Assembly (NCBI RefSeq): GCF_023055435.1
Contig: NW_025963780.1
Coordinates: 7,874,001-7,938,000, forward strand
Reading direction: 5' to 3'
Origin: Haliotis rufescens
Lineage: Eukaryota
DNA length: 64,000 nucleotides
Part shown: in pieces, positions 10,104 to 23,441 of the stretch
Numbering within the stretch: the first letter of the stretch is position 1
How the letters are laid out: every line of letters starts with the position of its first letter
Notes under the pieces: generated by a model
The model's database searches: none
The model's input: the letters and a program-made list of their open reading frames with translations, nothing else
Told to the model about the DNA's origin: nothing
Made by a program: the position numbers and the translations under genes

Positions 10104-13100
10104 AATCATAAGTGCGGGATGAGTGATTTGAAATTAGCAAGTTTTATGTGACCTTCAATCACTACAACCTGATCTGAGTCTTGAAAAGATATGTTTTTGA
10201 TTCAGTGAAAATTTGCATCATGAGAGTTTCAACTGTAGATACAGTTAATCTGTTTTTTGTACAGTTTCTGTTTATTCAATGTATATGTTGTTCAAATAAG
10301 CTTTGCCTCTTCACCAACCCTATTCCTCTTTTGGAATAAATAGTGTCTAATAATTCAAACACCATCACAACTAATCATCCTAGTAAACACAACAAAGAAA
10401 TGCACATCAAAAACGTCATTATTATTATTTCTTATCTCTGATAAATTAGAAAAAACTGTTATCCAGCAAGATACATTTCCTTGGTCCCAAGAAGCATGTT
10501 ACATAGTAAACTGACTCGATAAGTTTAATAGCAGTCAGCGTGGTTGTAAAGGCAAACTAAGCCGTCACTACTCAATTAATTAATTAACAGACAATTGCAA
10601 GTACTAATACCCACCCGACACTAATTGCCCTGTTAATCCCTAGTCCACAATGAGTTGACATTGAGTTCATTTTGCTAATTAGCTGTTTTTAGAGTAGCAA
10701 GGTAATAAACATCAAAGGTGGGGCAGGCTTTGATCATGTGTTCTGTAGAAGAGACGATGTCACTTGTTTTATGTTTATTTAGGATTAGCTACATCCCTTG
10801 ATGCTACCAAGGCAGCCCTTGAGATTATCAGACAGTTTGGCTAGACACAAACTGATGTCTCCCTTGTAGCACACTATGTGTCAGACACAGACTTTGACCA
10901 CTCTGTGCAGATGCATATCAATGCATAAAGAACATTGGGTAGGTGATTCAACAATGCGACACAAGTCAAAGTTGGGTTTCACTGTATTTAGAAACAGATG
11001 ATTGATCCAAAACTTTATAACAGTAATTATGATTAATTTAAACTTTGCCAGGCCAATATTTTGGCAGATTTGCATGTTATTGTTAATCTTCATTTAGTAA
11101 ATTTTCATAAAAGATATGATAAAATATGATAATGAGTCATGAATATTTGAATTCAGATCAGAACAAACAGGGAGGGTCACCCAAAAATGTGAGAGTCTCT
11201 AGGGGAGGCTTTTGACAAAATGGACTTTGCATTTTCTTTCAGGGAGGGTTGTGTCAAAAATGAATGAGAACATACCGGTAATACATGACCGGCCCCTTTA
11301 ATGTAATATACATAGTTTTTAGTTGATGGTTCAGGTTGTACTTTTCAGTTGAATTTCTTACCACTGTCTATGATGGATTACCAATTAACGGTAGATATTA
11401 AATATCCATAATAACTTAGATAAATGCTTCTACAGTCTCATCCTAATTTGTCAAAATTTGAGTTTCAATATAGCTTCCATTAATGAATTAATGAATTTGG
11501 TGAGAATATCTATTGTCTGAATTCCTAATATACTTTCTTTTGTATTTGGTGTGCAAGGGTAGCCTAGTGGGTGAAACAGTCTCTGAAACCCGGGTTCAAT
11601 TCACCACATGGGTACAATGTGTGAAGCCCATAGCTGGAATATTGCTAACAAGCTGCATGAAACTATACCAACTCACTCGTTCATTATGTTGTATTTTGAG
11701 ATCACTTACATGACATGTGTTTTGATAATTATGAATAGTTGCATTTATGTATAAGAACCTATGTAACTTAGTATTGCATAGTCTTGTTTACCCTTCCTTA
11801 CATTTTGATGTAATGCAAACATTCAAGCAAAATTTAGGTGAACCTTGTGGTATTGTTTTAGAAGACCGGATACATTTTTGTATTTTCTGAACACTTTTCT
11901 GTTTGCAATGGCTTATTTACATGTTCAAAGATTGGTTAAATATCAGTTGCAAGATAAATTGTCAATACCTCACTGTTCGAGAAAACAACTTTAAACATTT
12001 GTAAATATGTGTGTGTTTCATAACTTTTGACTAACAAGTTTCTAAAGATGTTGTGAAATGTTTCAGGTACCTGGATTTCACAATCTGACACCAGCTACAT
12101 TTAAGAAGATCTTGCTCACACAATTCAGACAAGGGACTCGCCGGATGATGAACAGTACTCCTGATAACAACCAACAGATTCACCTCAGAAAGTGATGATT
12201 CTGAATGAATAATGCCACATCAGTGTTACTGTAGGTGGTTTTATTATGACACTAATGAAGTCTGAATGAATTTATGCCAAAGCACTGTGACTATGTCCAG
12301 TTTGTGTACACCGATGCTGACTATACAAATCTGAATGACTTTTGTGGTTTACTGCAGAAACATAATTGACTTTAGATTTTCTTCTTCAATAAAATTCTTC
12401 TGAGATTTGACTAATTTGTTTATTTAGAAAATGGCATTGAAGCATCTGTTCTGTAAGGCCTTGCAAACACCACTGGAGTTCCTCTTCTTGCTTGATCAAT
12501 TTTCAATTTGTGATATGTACCAATGAAATGCCATATAATCAATAAATAAGATTTTTTTCCAAAAACATGATTTGTTTTGCTTCATTAGCATAAAGACATA
12601 TAATACTGATCAGCCATAACATAGGTGCTGAACAAATATAAAATGTACTAATGCCCTGAATGTTTTCCTACTATAAATACAGCTCACTTAACAAAAGTTG
12701 TAGTTCCACCTTAGTAGACAAATGACATTGATATTTTTTCTGTATTTTATTTAGGTGTTTTCTATGTATGCCATTAGTCTTATGCACCAATTTGGGACAA
12801 TTGTATTCTGTTTTATATTCCCATGAAACTACACTGTCCCGATATAACAAGTACTGATACCGTTCCAAACTAATCTGTTAATCTCACCAGGGCCAAATGC
12901 CAAAGCACATAGCCAATGACTTTCCATTTTTTTCTGAGTGAGAATGCTGTTTTGCCACTTTTAGCAATATTGCAACAATATCATGGTGGGGGACACCAGC
13001 AATAAGCTTCACACATTGGACCCATGTCGCGAAACAACTTGTGAACAATGCATGCCCACATATCTCAGTTTGAGGAGGATATTTACAACTAAAATAACAC

Positions 13101-16100
13101 AGAATATTACAACAGGTACCTGTAATGCACAGGCTAACATTATTTACCAGAAGCAAGTCATGAAGAAAATTTGCATCCGGATACCTTCCGGAAACCTTCC
13201 GGAAACCTTCCAGATGCCTTCAACAACCTTCAAATTGCTTGGTATTTTCAAGTTAATTTTTTTATGTGTTTCACACTTAAGTGAACAAAATGCACCCCCC
13301 AAATTTTGACATTTTTTTTGGAAGGTTTCCGGAAGGTATCCGGGCCGGATCCAAAATGGGTAGGTATCCGGAAGGTTTCCGGAAGACGGAAACCTACACT
13401 TTTTTTGCTGTGCAAAGCTTTGTCCGGCCTCAATACGACCAATGGCGATATTTCGATCTGCAGCACTCAACCGTGGCATATTCGACCTTGTCTTTGGGTG
13501 AAAATGATAGAGTAAATCGCTAATCAACACCTGCTTTTATAAACCCATACTTCTACTGCTCTTTCCATGAATTGCACGTGCATGAGGCTTTTGGCATGGG
13601 CCACGTGAAGATTTTGCTCACTATGATAAAAGTAACAAAAAAATGCCCTTGTGCACGAAAATTGGTGTGTTTGGGCACTTACGTTAATAAACAGTGTACA
13701 TGGTATAAGTGCATATCAGAAAAATTGTATTTACAATCAATATTTTTCTTCTGAGGGTTTTCTCACATTTTCAGACTGGGGTTGCGTTTCTTTTTCGAGA
13801 GAGTGTATTAAACATAGAGAAAGAGGTATGGAGATTGTGGACATTATTTTTTAGCATAGGAATTGTTAACATAGTTCTTAAAGATATTATGTTTTGTTTG
13901 TTTGTTGTTTAATGCCGCACTCAGCAACTTAAGGATATTACAACATACATACATTTAGGTTCATTTGTTTTTTTAAATTTGTATTATTTTGCAAATGTTA
14001 CAGAAACCTGATAAGTGATATAATAATGTATATTCGCTATTCTTAAAAGTAAGAATATGTTAGATTTATCAACCAGAAATATTGCGCACCAAAGGATAAT
14101 CATATTTCATGACACTATTCTACGTCGCAGTCAACGATATTTGTGTATGCCATTGCTACATGATTGGTTATGACACGGATACGTCATGATAAAGCAATGA
14201 AAAATTGACATTTGATGATATAAGATAGCTAAAGATAAATTGCAAAGAACAAAGAAGGAAGTGATATTTATTTCATGATAAAACATTGTTCTATCATGAC
14301 GTCATTTGTGGAGATTCGAGCATGCACTCGCAACTTGAAAACGTTGTAAATTTGACCTTCTTTTTTAGAGTTATGTGTCTAGTATGTTGTTCCCAATAGA
14401 TGTAGCTGGGGAAGGTAGATAAACGCAGTGCCCGAACAATCGCATCCGAAAGTGAGAGCGAAATGACAATCGGTATTGGGAGAAAAGGTACAGATAATCG
14501 ACGAGACAATTGTGAGAATATGCGGGAGAGACCAAATTCAAACCTGCCTATTCATGAAATGGATTTATCTGGCATGGCCGCGGTCGGATTCTATTCAAGG
14601 AGTCATCATTATTTAAGTCAGGTAAATATTTTAAAGCGAGTACTTTTTCCTAATATAACACCCTTAAAGAGGCTGTATATAATGTTGATATCTCATATAG
14701 AAATAAACGAGTCGTGGTCGTTGTTTATCGTACAATTGCATGACCATATACACTAACATTATATCTTTTCATGTTTATCAGTCAAAAAAAGCGGCATAAG
14801 CATTTTCATTACCATAAGAAACCCTTGCCAAAAGTAGCGCCAACTGCACGATTACGACAACAGCAGGAGCTTCATGGTTCGCCATAAAACATGATGACAC
14901 TGGGTGCTCGCAAAAACGCGAGCTCCTTCCGACCCACTAGTAGCACCCGCAAAGGCAAGCCAATTGTTCAGGCCAGAGAATTCGTCAGACATCATTTTGG
15001 TCATTGATACGTCAAACCTGGAAATGTCGTCTACACGTCCAACACAAAGACCAAGCCAGGACCTAAATCCTTTAAAGCCACCCAAAGTTCTGTCAATTAC
15101 ATAGATTTTCCCCTAACCTTAAGTAATGAATACTAGTTCTGAATTTGCAATTACCCGTATGAATCGTCTTATGTCATTTATTGTCGATAAACAGAATATG
15201 CACATTTTCTGAAAGTAATGTGTGAAAAACGCACCAAACCTATACATGCTGCGCTTGCTTAAAAACACCATTGGGTTAACAAGATACGTATATTAAAGTG
15301 CCATGCTTTCCTGATGTGCTATCATTGAAATAATGACATAAATAGTTACCACTCATCTTTCAATATTTTTCAAGGTTGGGTTCATCACAAACATATTTGA
15401 ATATTTGAATACAACACCTATACTTACTTATCTTTATACTTAAAGCTTCAGGTGTGTCTGTCATACAGACCCTGGAACAAATCTGTTCAATACAGCCCAA
15501 TATTTGGCAAAATGAAGAAAGTCTCTTGGCTCCTTTTTATTATATTTTATAGCTATTGTTTAACAACTGTTTTTTTCTGTGAAATATGTTCATTTCAGAG
15601 ATTAGATGTTATTCTAGCATCAGGTCTGTGGTACGTCCACTGTATCAGCGTTGACATTAAAACGATATTTACATATATAAATACATACAGGGGAAATGTT
15701 TAGCATATACCTTTTGAGGAAGAGTGCAGGACGTCTTGCTTTATACATATATATGTGGACATATATGTATAGATATTTGGATGAATAAAGATAAAGCTCC
15801 TTATAGATAGTGATCGTAGATGACTGTAGAACGTGCATGAAGAAAATGGAATAATTATGTGAATAATCATCGGGTTAATACCACGTTTAGCAATATTCAG
15901 CCATATTGCGAAATTGGTTTCCAACACACAAGACGGACCATGAAATTATGACTTGAATTTGGACCTTGGCATATTTGGAATTTGGACCCCATAATCTCCT
16001 GTAGAAAAAGAGCTTAAAGACGAATAAAGGTCACGAGATGATACTGATGTATACATCTGGACATATGTTTGCGTATTATTAGTATTAATTCATCAGTATA

Positions 16101-16329
16101 TATGTATTTTGCGCAAAAGGATATTGCAGGATCGACGCTGACATGCGCATATAACTTATTCACCAGTGCTGTAATATTCAATTCATTTGTCTTTTGACAC
16201 ATGTCGATAGGAACATGGAGTGTCTGTCTGAAGATATATAGACATGGATGGGATCTTTTGGATAGTTGTACTTCACGGCCAGACTAACGCTTAGTCTCTG
16301 AAAATATACTATTTTAATTAAAACGAGAA

Positions 16330-18275
16330 AAAATATTTAAATTTGAAAGGAGCCCCAGTGGGATGGAAATTCTGCATGAACCTGTTGAACATCTAGTTAA
16401 ATTCCATCTTGATGATGGAGAAAAATCAGATGGTGTAACAGATTGTAAAATGGTAGGAAAATGGTCACTTCCACTGAGGTCATCGTGGACTGACCATTCA
16501 AATTCATTAAGTGAATTTGACTCTTCAACTTACAAGTCCAGACAAGAGTAAGTGCCAGTTGTAGGGTCTAAATACGTGGAAGAACCATCATTATTTGGTG
16601 AAAAAATCCTCAAGTAATTTTCCTTTAGAATTGGTGTCACTACTACCCCAAATTGGGTTATGACCACTCAGATCTCCCATGATGAAACAGTGCTTAGAGA
16701 GTTCATCATATAGTGCCTGAAGATTAGACTGTCGGAGAGAGTACGATGGTGGTACATCCAAAGAACACAAACAATATCTAATGTTACACGTACTGCAAAA
16801 GCCTGAAGAGGGGTATTGAGAGGAACAGTTCTGTGAAGGACGCCCTGCCTCACCATAATAGAGGATCCTCCAGTTGCTTTATCACGCGGAGGGGAAAAGC
16901 AATGGTAAGAATTGACTATCTTAAATCAATGTTTTCAGTAGTTTTGAGGAAGGTTTCTTTAAAACAAAATGCTGATAGTTTAAAATCTTAAAAAAGAGCT
17001 GAATGTCATTTTAAATTGATCCAAAGTCCTCTACAATTTCATTGTATTTAATTGGGAGAGCATTTCACGGGGGCTAAATTGGAGATCGTTAGCGTGGAGA
17101 AGGTCCTCTACTCTGTAATGGCTGCAATTGAATGACCTCGGTATCATGAGGGCCACAGGGGTAGTAACAACTTTGACAGACGAGGTAACTTCAGAAAAGG
17201 TGGTAGTGGTTGGTTTACTTTTAAACAGTGTCTTAGCTTCTGAAAATGAGATGATTTGTATATTTGATTTTCAGGATTAATGTCTGTGTATAACAAAAGA
17301 GGGACATGTGGTCAACGCTGGAGTTTGCACATTTGATTTTACCTGTGCAGTCAGTGCCATCATGCTGCTTACTGCAGAGGGAACAAATTGTTCAGTTACC
17401 ACAGGACTTAGCCCCATGTCCGAAATGCTGACATTTAATACAAGGAGTGGATTTGGTATGTACACATCCACTCCCATGTAGAAATATCCAGCTTTGATTG
17501 ATGAAGGGTCTTTTGTTAAAGCAAATGTAAAAAGATAAGTTTGGGTTTTAATAAGGTGGTCACCATCTCTTCTCATAAATCGCTTCACAGATGTTACACT
17601 TTGAGGCTTCAGCTATGCTGCAATTTCCTCCTCTGACATGTTTGAAAGGTACTTGCCTCAACATAAATTTATGAGTTTTGTGCACTGAGACAACAATGTC
17701 AGTATTTGCGAAATGATGTGCTTGGAAAAGATTTAGATAGTGTTGTCTCTTTGCACACACCACAAGCAGTGAACCAGACCGGAGATGATTCTTGACAGTA
17801 CCACGTATTCCCTGAATAGATTTGGAATCGGGGGTTGATTTTGAGGGTTCTCAATCAACGCCTTAAACAGCTAGAAATCGTGGCCAAGAGTCAACACCTC
17901 TCCCGATCGCTCATCAGAAGACACAACACTGCCATAATCCTATAAAAACACAGAATTCAACTGTCCGTATCACCAAATTGGCCCATAAGCCGCCATCTTC
18001 TGGTATAGGACATTTGACATCCTCAAGGTCATCATATATGCTGAACCAAACCGGTATGATATGTCCACACGTCCATGTGAAGTAAGGGTCGAAGTGGTGT
18101 GGTGGGCAAATGGAACACCTGTTCCTGGCTCCAGTGCCCTCTCAACAACCAGAATCCCGTCCTCCACCGAAACAGGGGCGCAACCCACAGCAAACATGTT
18201 GCCTAATTCGGTTGCCTTTTACAACAAGCAATGGGCTGCAATGGGAAACATTCTTATCTACCCCGGGTTACCCTG
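16330..18275 (-). mobile_element. Degraded I-group (Nimb-like) LINE: 5'UTR, ORF1 and endonuclease region
   Basis: The 5'UTR is homologous to 41460-41810. ORF1 remnant IKAGYFYMGVDVYIPNPL; EN remnants LNTPLQAFAVRVTL and an SDHFP-like motif; many disruptions. Confidence 0.82.
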
Positions 18276-19413
18276 CTAGTAACAAATGAACTTATTTTCA
18301 AATTACTACTCGCGGTTAAGGCTACCTACTTTTCAGCGGGAACGTTCTCCTGCTTCTCAATGGGAACCTGATCTTTCCCGATTTTTTCAACCAATTTCCA
18401 CGTATATATGCCTGGCGGTGGTCGTGTCATGTCAGTGGTAATTGACATTTGGAACGGCATTGGTATCTGCAATGGTTTCACTAAATGACCTCGGCAGCAG
18501 TAGTTGTTTTTGACCAGCAACTGTAGTTGCCAATTATGCAGTCTGCGGCTTGGCAGCTGCTTTTATCAGCGTGTTAGTTGCCAAACAACGGTAGCGTTTC
18601 TTACAATAAAGTATGCTTACAGGGCCACGCAGTGGTCGCTGCCCTAGGCAAGCAGCAGTAGCTGCTAATCGCCATTGCAACGGAAGCTTTTTGTGTTATT
18701 AACTAGAAGCTTAGTACCCTATTATAGCACCTGCACACCCTCGACCATTTTATCCACTCTCATGTCGTGCTGTTTTAGGCTCATGCCTCAACTCAATTTG
18801 TATCTCTTCAAAATAATCGAAAAAATATCGGCAAACCTCAGAGTTTTAAACTTTTAACAACTCGTTTTCATCTATTTGATGTAAAAAATCACTCAGTTGG
18901 AGTCACTTAATCTCCTTGGAAGTCACATGTATTCACTGTCCAAGAAATCCTACATATTGCAACAATTGAATAACATACCTCAGTCTTGTCTTGTTGCAAT
19001 ATGGCGAATCCAACAAAGAATGCATCAATGAATGCAATGATGAATCAATCATGTCCTGAGTTGGTCTTTCGCAATTCTCACCAGAGGCCGACTAACTCTG
19101 GGAGAATCTGAAACCTGGAAACTTGCACATAACCAGTTTTGCATAGTTTTAACTTAAAACATAATACTCACGAGAAACTCAATACATGCACCTCTGCTCA
19201 TGCCAGAGCCTACACCGACAGAAGGAATGTTTATACCTGACGAAAATGAAGATCGGACATTTACAGTGTTTTCAAAAGCACAGTTGAAGTTAAAATCAAA
19301 TAATTTTAGATACTCTAAAATGTAAAAACGATGCGCTAAGTAAAGGAAATAGTATATGTTTTGAAGATAACATGAACCGTCCATTGACATTGTAAATTTA
19401 TTTCATATATATA

Positions 19414-20586
19414 TACTCACACGCAAAAGAAACGCAAGTCGAGTATGCAGTATACATGTTATTTATTTTCAACAGTAAAGACAAGAAATACTAATAGGGC
19501 AAGATTGACAAAAATTTGACTGAAGACAGTTTAATGGATTAAAAGGCAGGTGACATAATTGTTTTTTTCAAATGTGAAGGGCTTACACAGTTTCGGGTCA
19601 ATACCCAAAATGTCAGTCAATACCTGGTGTGACCACCATCAGCATTGTACATTGAGTGGATCAGACGATTTTGAAGGCCCTAGGGATCCTCCTGCACACA
19701 TCCAGAGCAGCTGTGCGTAGTTCACTGGCAGTTGTAGGGACTGGGCGCACATTGTGCAGAAGCCTTTGAACCTCATCCCACAAGTGTTCGATGGGGTTCA
19801 GATCAGGGCTGAGGGCTGGCCACGGTAGAACACGGATGTTGTGTTGTTGCAGAGGCCATGGTAGCTCTGGCAACGTGGGGACGAGCGTTGTCTTGCTAGA
19901 AAATGTGTTGTTGATGTTGTGCAAAAAATGGAACAACTTGGGGTCTGATCACTTGGTCGATATACCGCTGAGCAGTGACGCCGTGTCCCCGACCTTGACC
20001 AACATTCAGAAAGCACATGGGTCCAAGTCTCGCAATAATTAAGTCCAATCCCTGACCATATCATGACGCTAGGTCCACCCCATGGATCCCTTTCCACAAC
20101 GTTTCTTTCAGCGAAACGATCACCTCGACGCCGTCAAATTCTGACTCTACCGTCTGCATGGGAGACACAAAAGCGACTTTCATCAGAGAAGATGACACGC
20201 CTTCACTCACGATGACGCCAATTGCGATGACCCTGTGCCCACTAAAGTCGTGCTTGTCGATGCCGTGGTTGGCCTGGAGAACAGGACGACGTGCTGGTTG
20301 GCGACATCTGAGGTTGTTGGAACGGAGACGTCGGATCACAGTGTCCCGAGGTGTGGTGACCCTAGGACGACCGCTCCGAGGAAGGCCATCTGTGGTCTGT
20401 GTAGCATTGTGTCGATGCAGGAGACGGTACATTGTGGTTATGTTAACGTTGAAATGACGGGCAACATCTTGGACAGACTCTCCAGCTTCCAAACGACCGA
20501 TAGCCTGGTTTCTCTGAATCAATTTATGGTTCCGTGTTTGTTACCTATTTGCTTAAAACCACTTGCGTTTCTTTTGCGTGTGAGTA
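19414..20586 (-). mobile_element. Tc1/mariner element, decayed
   Basis: Perfect 26-bp TIRs TACTCACACGCAAAAGAAACGCAAGT (19414-19439 and 20561-20586) with TA flanks. Transposase motifs AIGRLEAG, RSGRPRVT and WPALSPDLNPIEHLW. Confidence 0.93.
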
Positions 20587-21392
20587 TACTTTTTTACAAA
20601 GTTTCGTATTAGATCCCAATGTACATATTTTGATATATTTTGTATTTGTCATAGTGTACATTTAACGTGAAAAACCTGCATCGCTTCAGGCTTTCCTGCC
20701 TTATTCAGATGCCATGCCATGATATAACTGAAACGCTCAGAAATGTGTATTTGGCACAAAACACTTGCAAAAATTTCACTGCAAATGTGAACAACAAAAC
20801 AGGTAGACACAATATCTTTCACTTTAATCAAGCCAAGATAACTCACTTTTAATAATTCAGTGTAGTAATGTCTCTAACAATAAACACAAGATATCTGTGA
20901 TCCAGAGGTTCAACATGGTGCAAAGAAATGTTTCAGCATACCTACATATTGATGCATGTACATCAAACGGTCATGAAAGGCACATGTGTAACCCAGAAGA
21001 TAAAACAATTTGCCTGTTGTACCTTCAGAATCAGGAATGTGATCATGGCACATTCCACTTTGAATATTTATATTTAGAAAACAAACATATTATGAAAACA
21101 AAACTAGTAGTGTTTTCACAATGACTTCCTGAAACATTTGTTATTGTTTTCACAGTACTATGCATGATGCTGTTGACATTGATATATCTACAGTGGTAGA
21201 TTATTAATATTTTTGCATTACTTAACTTTTCCAAAGTAATAGCTACAATGTTGTAATATTATTTGATAATGAAGTAGATCTGCACTTGGAGACATGCATT
21301 TTATGTTAAAATTGAAACCTACAACGTCGCGCGTGCATTTACTAATTTTAACCATAAATCATACATAATTCTCTATAAGAGTTACCCCCTAA

Positions 21393-22065
21393 TGTTACGT
21401 AGTTTACTCTTGTAACCTGACACGTCAATAAATCACACTGTCCAAAAGTGTTAATATCTTGCTACACGGAAAGTGGTCAACGTTTCCCAGATAGCGATAT
21501 GCTGTAGGACCGTCTCCGTCCCTCGACAGACGGATCCGCTTTACGGAAATGGGTCAACGTTTCCCAGATAGCGATATGCTGTAGGACCGTCTCCGTCCCT
21601 CGACAGACGGATCCGCTTTACGGAAATGGGTCAACGTTTCCCAGATAGCGATATGCTGTAGGACCGTCTCCGTCCCTCGACAGACGGATCCGCTTTACGG
21701 AAATGGGTCAACGTTTCACTGCAGCGAAATTCTGTACTGTGCGGAAATAGGACGGATCGAGCTAGACTTGCACCCTTCCCTCGCCTCCTAGCGGCTTCAG
21801 GCGAGGAGCGCAAGCGCTCTAGGGCAGGTCAACCAGTCTAGGACAGGGCGAGGCTCCCTGTTATAAGTGTGGCCGAATTACATAAACATGTTAAGTGTAA
21901 CAAATGTGGAAGCCTCGGTTGCTGAGAGGGTTTGGTCGCTGAATTTGTGTGTTGGCGATTAGGTGCCTCACTCGGGCAGTGTGGGTTGGAATCCCGAATG
22001 GGACTCAACCCTAATAAGTACAAGAATCTGTACTTTACTAAGAAAGTGTTATCCCCAATATAACA
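21393..22065. mobile_element. Unclassified LTR-like repeat (TGTTA...TAACA) containing the 77-bp repeat and a tRNA-like segment
   Basis: Short terminal inverted repeat and GC-rich interior. tRNA-like segment at 21911-22005 with a B-box-like GGTTGGAATCCC. No TSD found. Confidence 0.35.
21475..21717. repeat. 77-bp tandem repeat, 3 identical copies plus a partial copy
   Basis: GGTCAACGTTTCCCAGATAGCG...TTACGGAAATG starts at 21475, 21552, 21629 and 21706. Confidence 0.95.
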
Positions 22066-22772
22066 TTTGTTACATTTGACCAGTTTCTAAATAGCATTGT
22101 CTATTCATGTTTAGTGTAATCATTTACAGTAGGCAATGTTTAAAAAAATATTTCAAAATTATTTATGTATTTTGTATTTACGCATATCGTTATACAAATG
22201 TGAGACATATAAAGCCTGGTTACATCTTTCCAACTATTACTCATACAAACTTCATGAAATAGTCACTTTATAAATTTTAGTTACTTTACAACAAGTCAAT
22301 GACTCTTTACTTGTCTGAACAGGAGGAACATATACAAATTTTCCCGATTTCCAAATCGGAGATTTCAATGATTCATGATTAAGTTACATAAAACTAATTC
22401 ATTGAAATATCTCTTTTCTTATCCGAAGCCTTTAGGCGTCCCTCTCTGTGTTGCGATTCCTCCTCTCCAGCCAGGCCGTAAATGCTGAGGTTTTAGATAA
22501 AGGTGTAAGCCGCAAAAGAAAATTGATTTAGAAAGGTGAACATTGATCTGAGACGTCAGAGAAATAAAATTCAATACAGTTTCAAAAAAAAAAATATGCA
22601 TTGATAGCACACCTGTTCTAATGCTCAATATTTACGTTCTTTATAATATTTAGGTTATTCTTGTTGTGGCTTGTTACTGTTTGGATCTGTTGTGTGATTG
22701 CTCTCGGGCAAGAGCTAAAACAATTTGATAATTATGTGGGGTTTATTGGAGTGATTGCTAAAAGAATGAGGT

Positions 22773-23290
22773 GGTGAGTTAAACATTTAACATCACATCT
22801 GCAATATTTCAGCCATATCGTGACGAGAGCAAGTTATACATTAATAATAAGTATATCTAGACTTGATAAAAATACCTGTTGTCGAAGGAAAGTACAAACA
22901 CTAAGTTTTCACAGATTATATTTAAAACTATTTTGTGCGCATTTAAAAGAATAAAGAATCATTTAACAACAAAATTATAAAAAAAACGGGCAATAGACAA
23001 CCAGCAAAGAAAGCTGGACCACCATACTAGAGCCCATGGGGACTTACGATACATCTGCTTTACACCATCCCTTCAAGTGCTTGCGATGGAACACAATTTA
23101 TCCATTATTTAAACTTCACAAATTACTACGATCAAAACCATGGTAAGCATTTTTTCTTTGAATGATGTGGTCTTGCATACCTTCTCATGGGGATAACCGT
23201 TTTAATTGTGAGTCACGTTACTCAATCAAGTAACTTTGTATTGTTGTGAGTCTCAACTCTCTGAAGGTCAAGTATCTGTATTTTCGGGAA
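22773..23290 (-). mobile_element. Nimb-like LINE 3'UTR fragment (related fragments ~25075-25440 - and ~46770-46852 +)
   Basis: Matches the 3' end of the LINE at 36461-36950 (ATATTTCAGCCATATCGTGACGAG, CCATGGGGACTTAC). Confidence 0.75.
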
Positions 23291-23441
23291 GTCTAGAATT
23301 TCCTTGTTCACTTCAAGCGACTTTAGTCTATAAGACAAAGCTTAAATATGGGTGTTCGTCTAATCTCAACTGTCCAAGAGACATATGTTAGGGATAGGCC
23401 CACAGTGCTCATTCTCCCTATCTAACCAAGTCAAGGTTATT

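Larger units (their letters stand above)
6102..12150 (+). pseudogene. Spliced cargo pseudogene inside the CACTA-like element (plus strand)
   Basis: ATG 6102 is in frame with ORF 6165-6362. Exons are 6102-6470 (GTAAGG), 6725-6806 (TTTGCAG/GTATGG), 7498-7557 and 12067 onward. After removing a 44-bp insertion there is one frame with scattered stops. AATAAA at ~12388 and 12541. Confidence 0.45.
1351..13412. mobile_element. Non-autonomous CACTA/EnSpm (CMC)-like element, ~12.06 kb, long TIRs
   Basis: Termini CACAGCAAAAAAAGTGTAGG / CCTACACTTTTTTTGCTGTG. TIRs of ~340-350 bp (1351-~1701, ~13073-13412) are built from TTCCGGAAACC repeats. 3-bp TSD CAA at 1348-1350 and 13413-13415. Excision restores the Tc1 frame GQSFGNVARHLNV. 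The superfamily is inferred from the CAC termini and 3-bp TSD. Confidence 0.85.
360..13805 (-). mobile_element. Tc1/mariner DNA transposon, decayed, interrupted by a 12-kb insertion
   Basis: TIRs CACTCTCTC(A/G)AAAAAGAAACGCAACCC at 360-387 and 13778-13805 with TA flanks. The transposase N-terminus MPRLSAADRNIAIGRIEAGQSF is at ~13413-13479. C-terminal motifs HDNARPH, WPSRSPDINP and EHLW...RGAHTRY are at 553-860, with frameshifts. Confidence 0.92.

Noticed and set aside
15511-15580. Signal-peptide-like MKKVSWLLFIIFYSYC as first exon of the Ig/SRCR gene
   Set aside because: T-rich, intron-like sequence with no convincing phase-1 donor.
21475-21717. CRISPR array or hammerhead in the 77-bp repeat
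   Set aside because: There are no unique spacers and the context is eukaryotic. On the minus strand, CTGTCGA and GAAA are not arranged as a valid hammerhead core.
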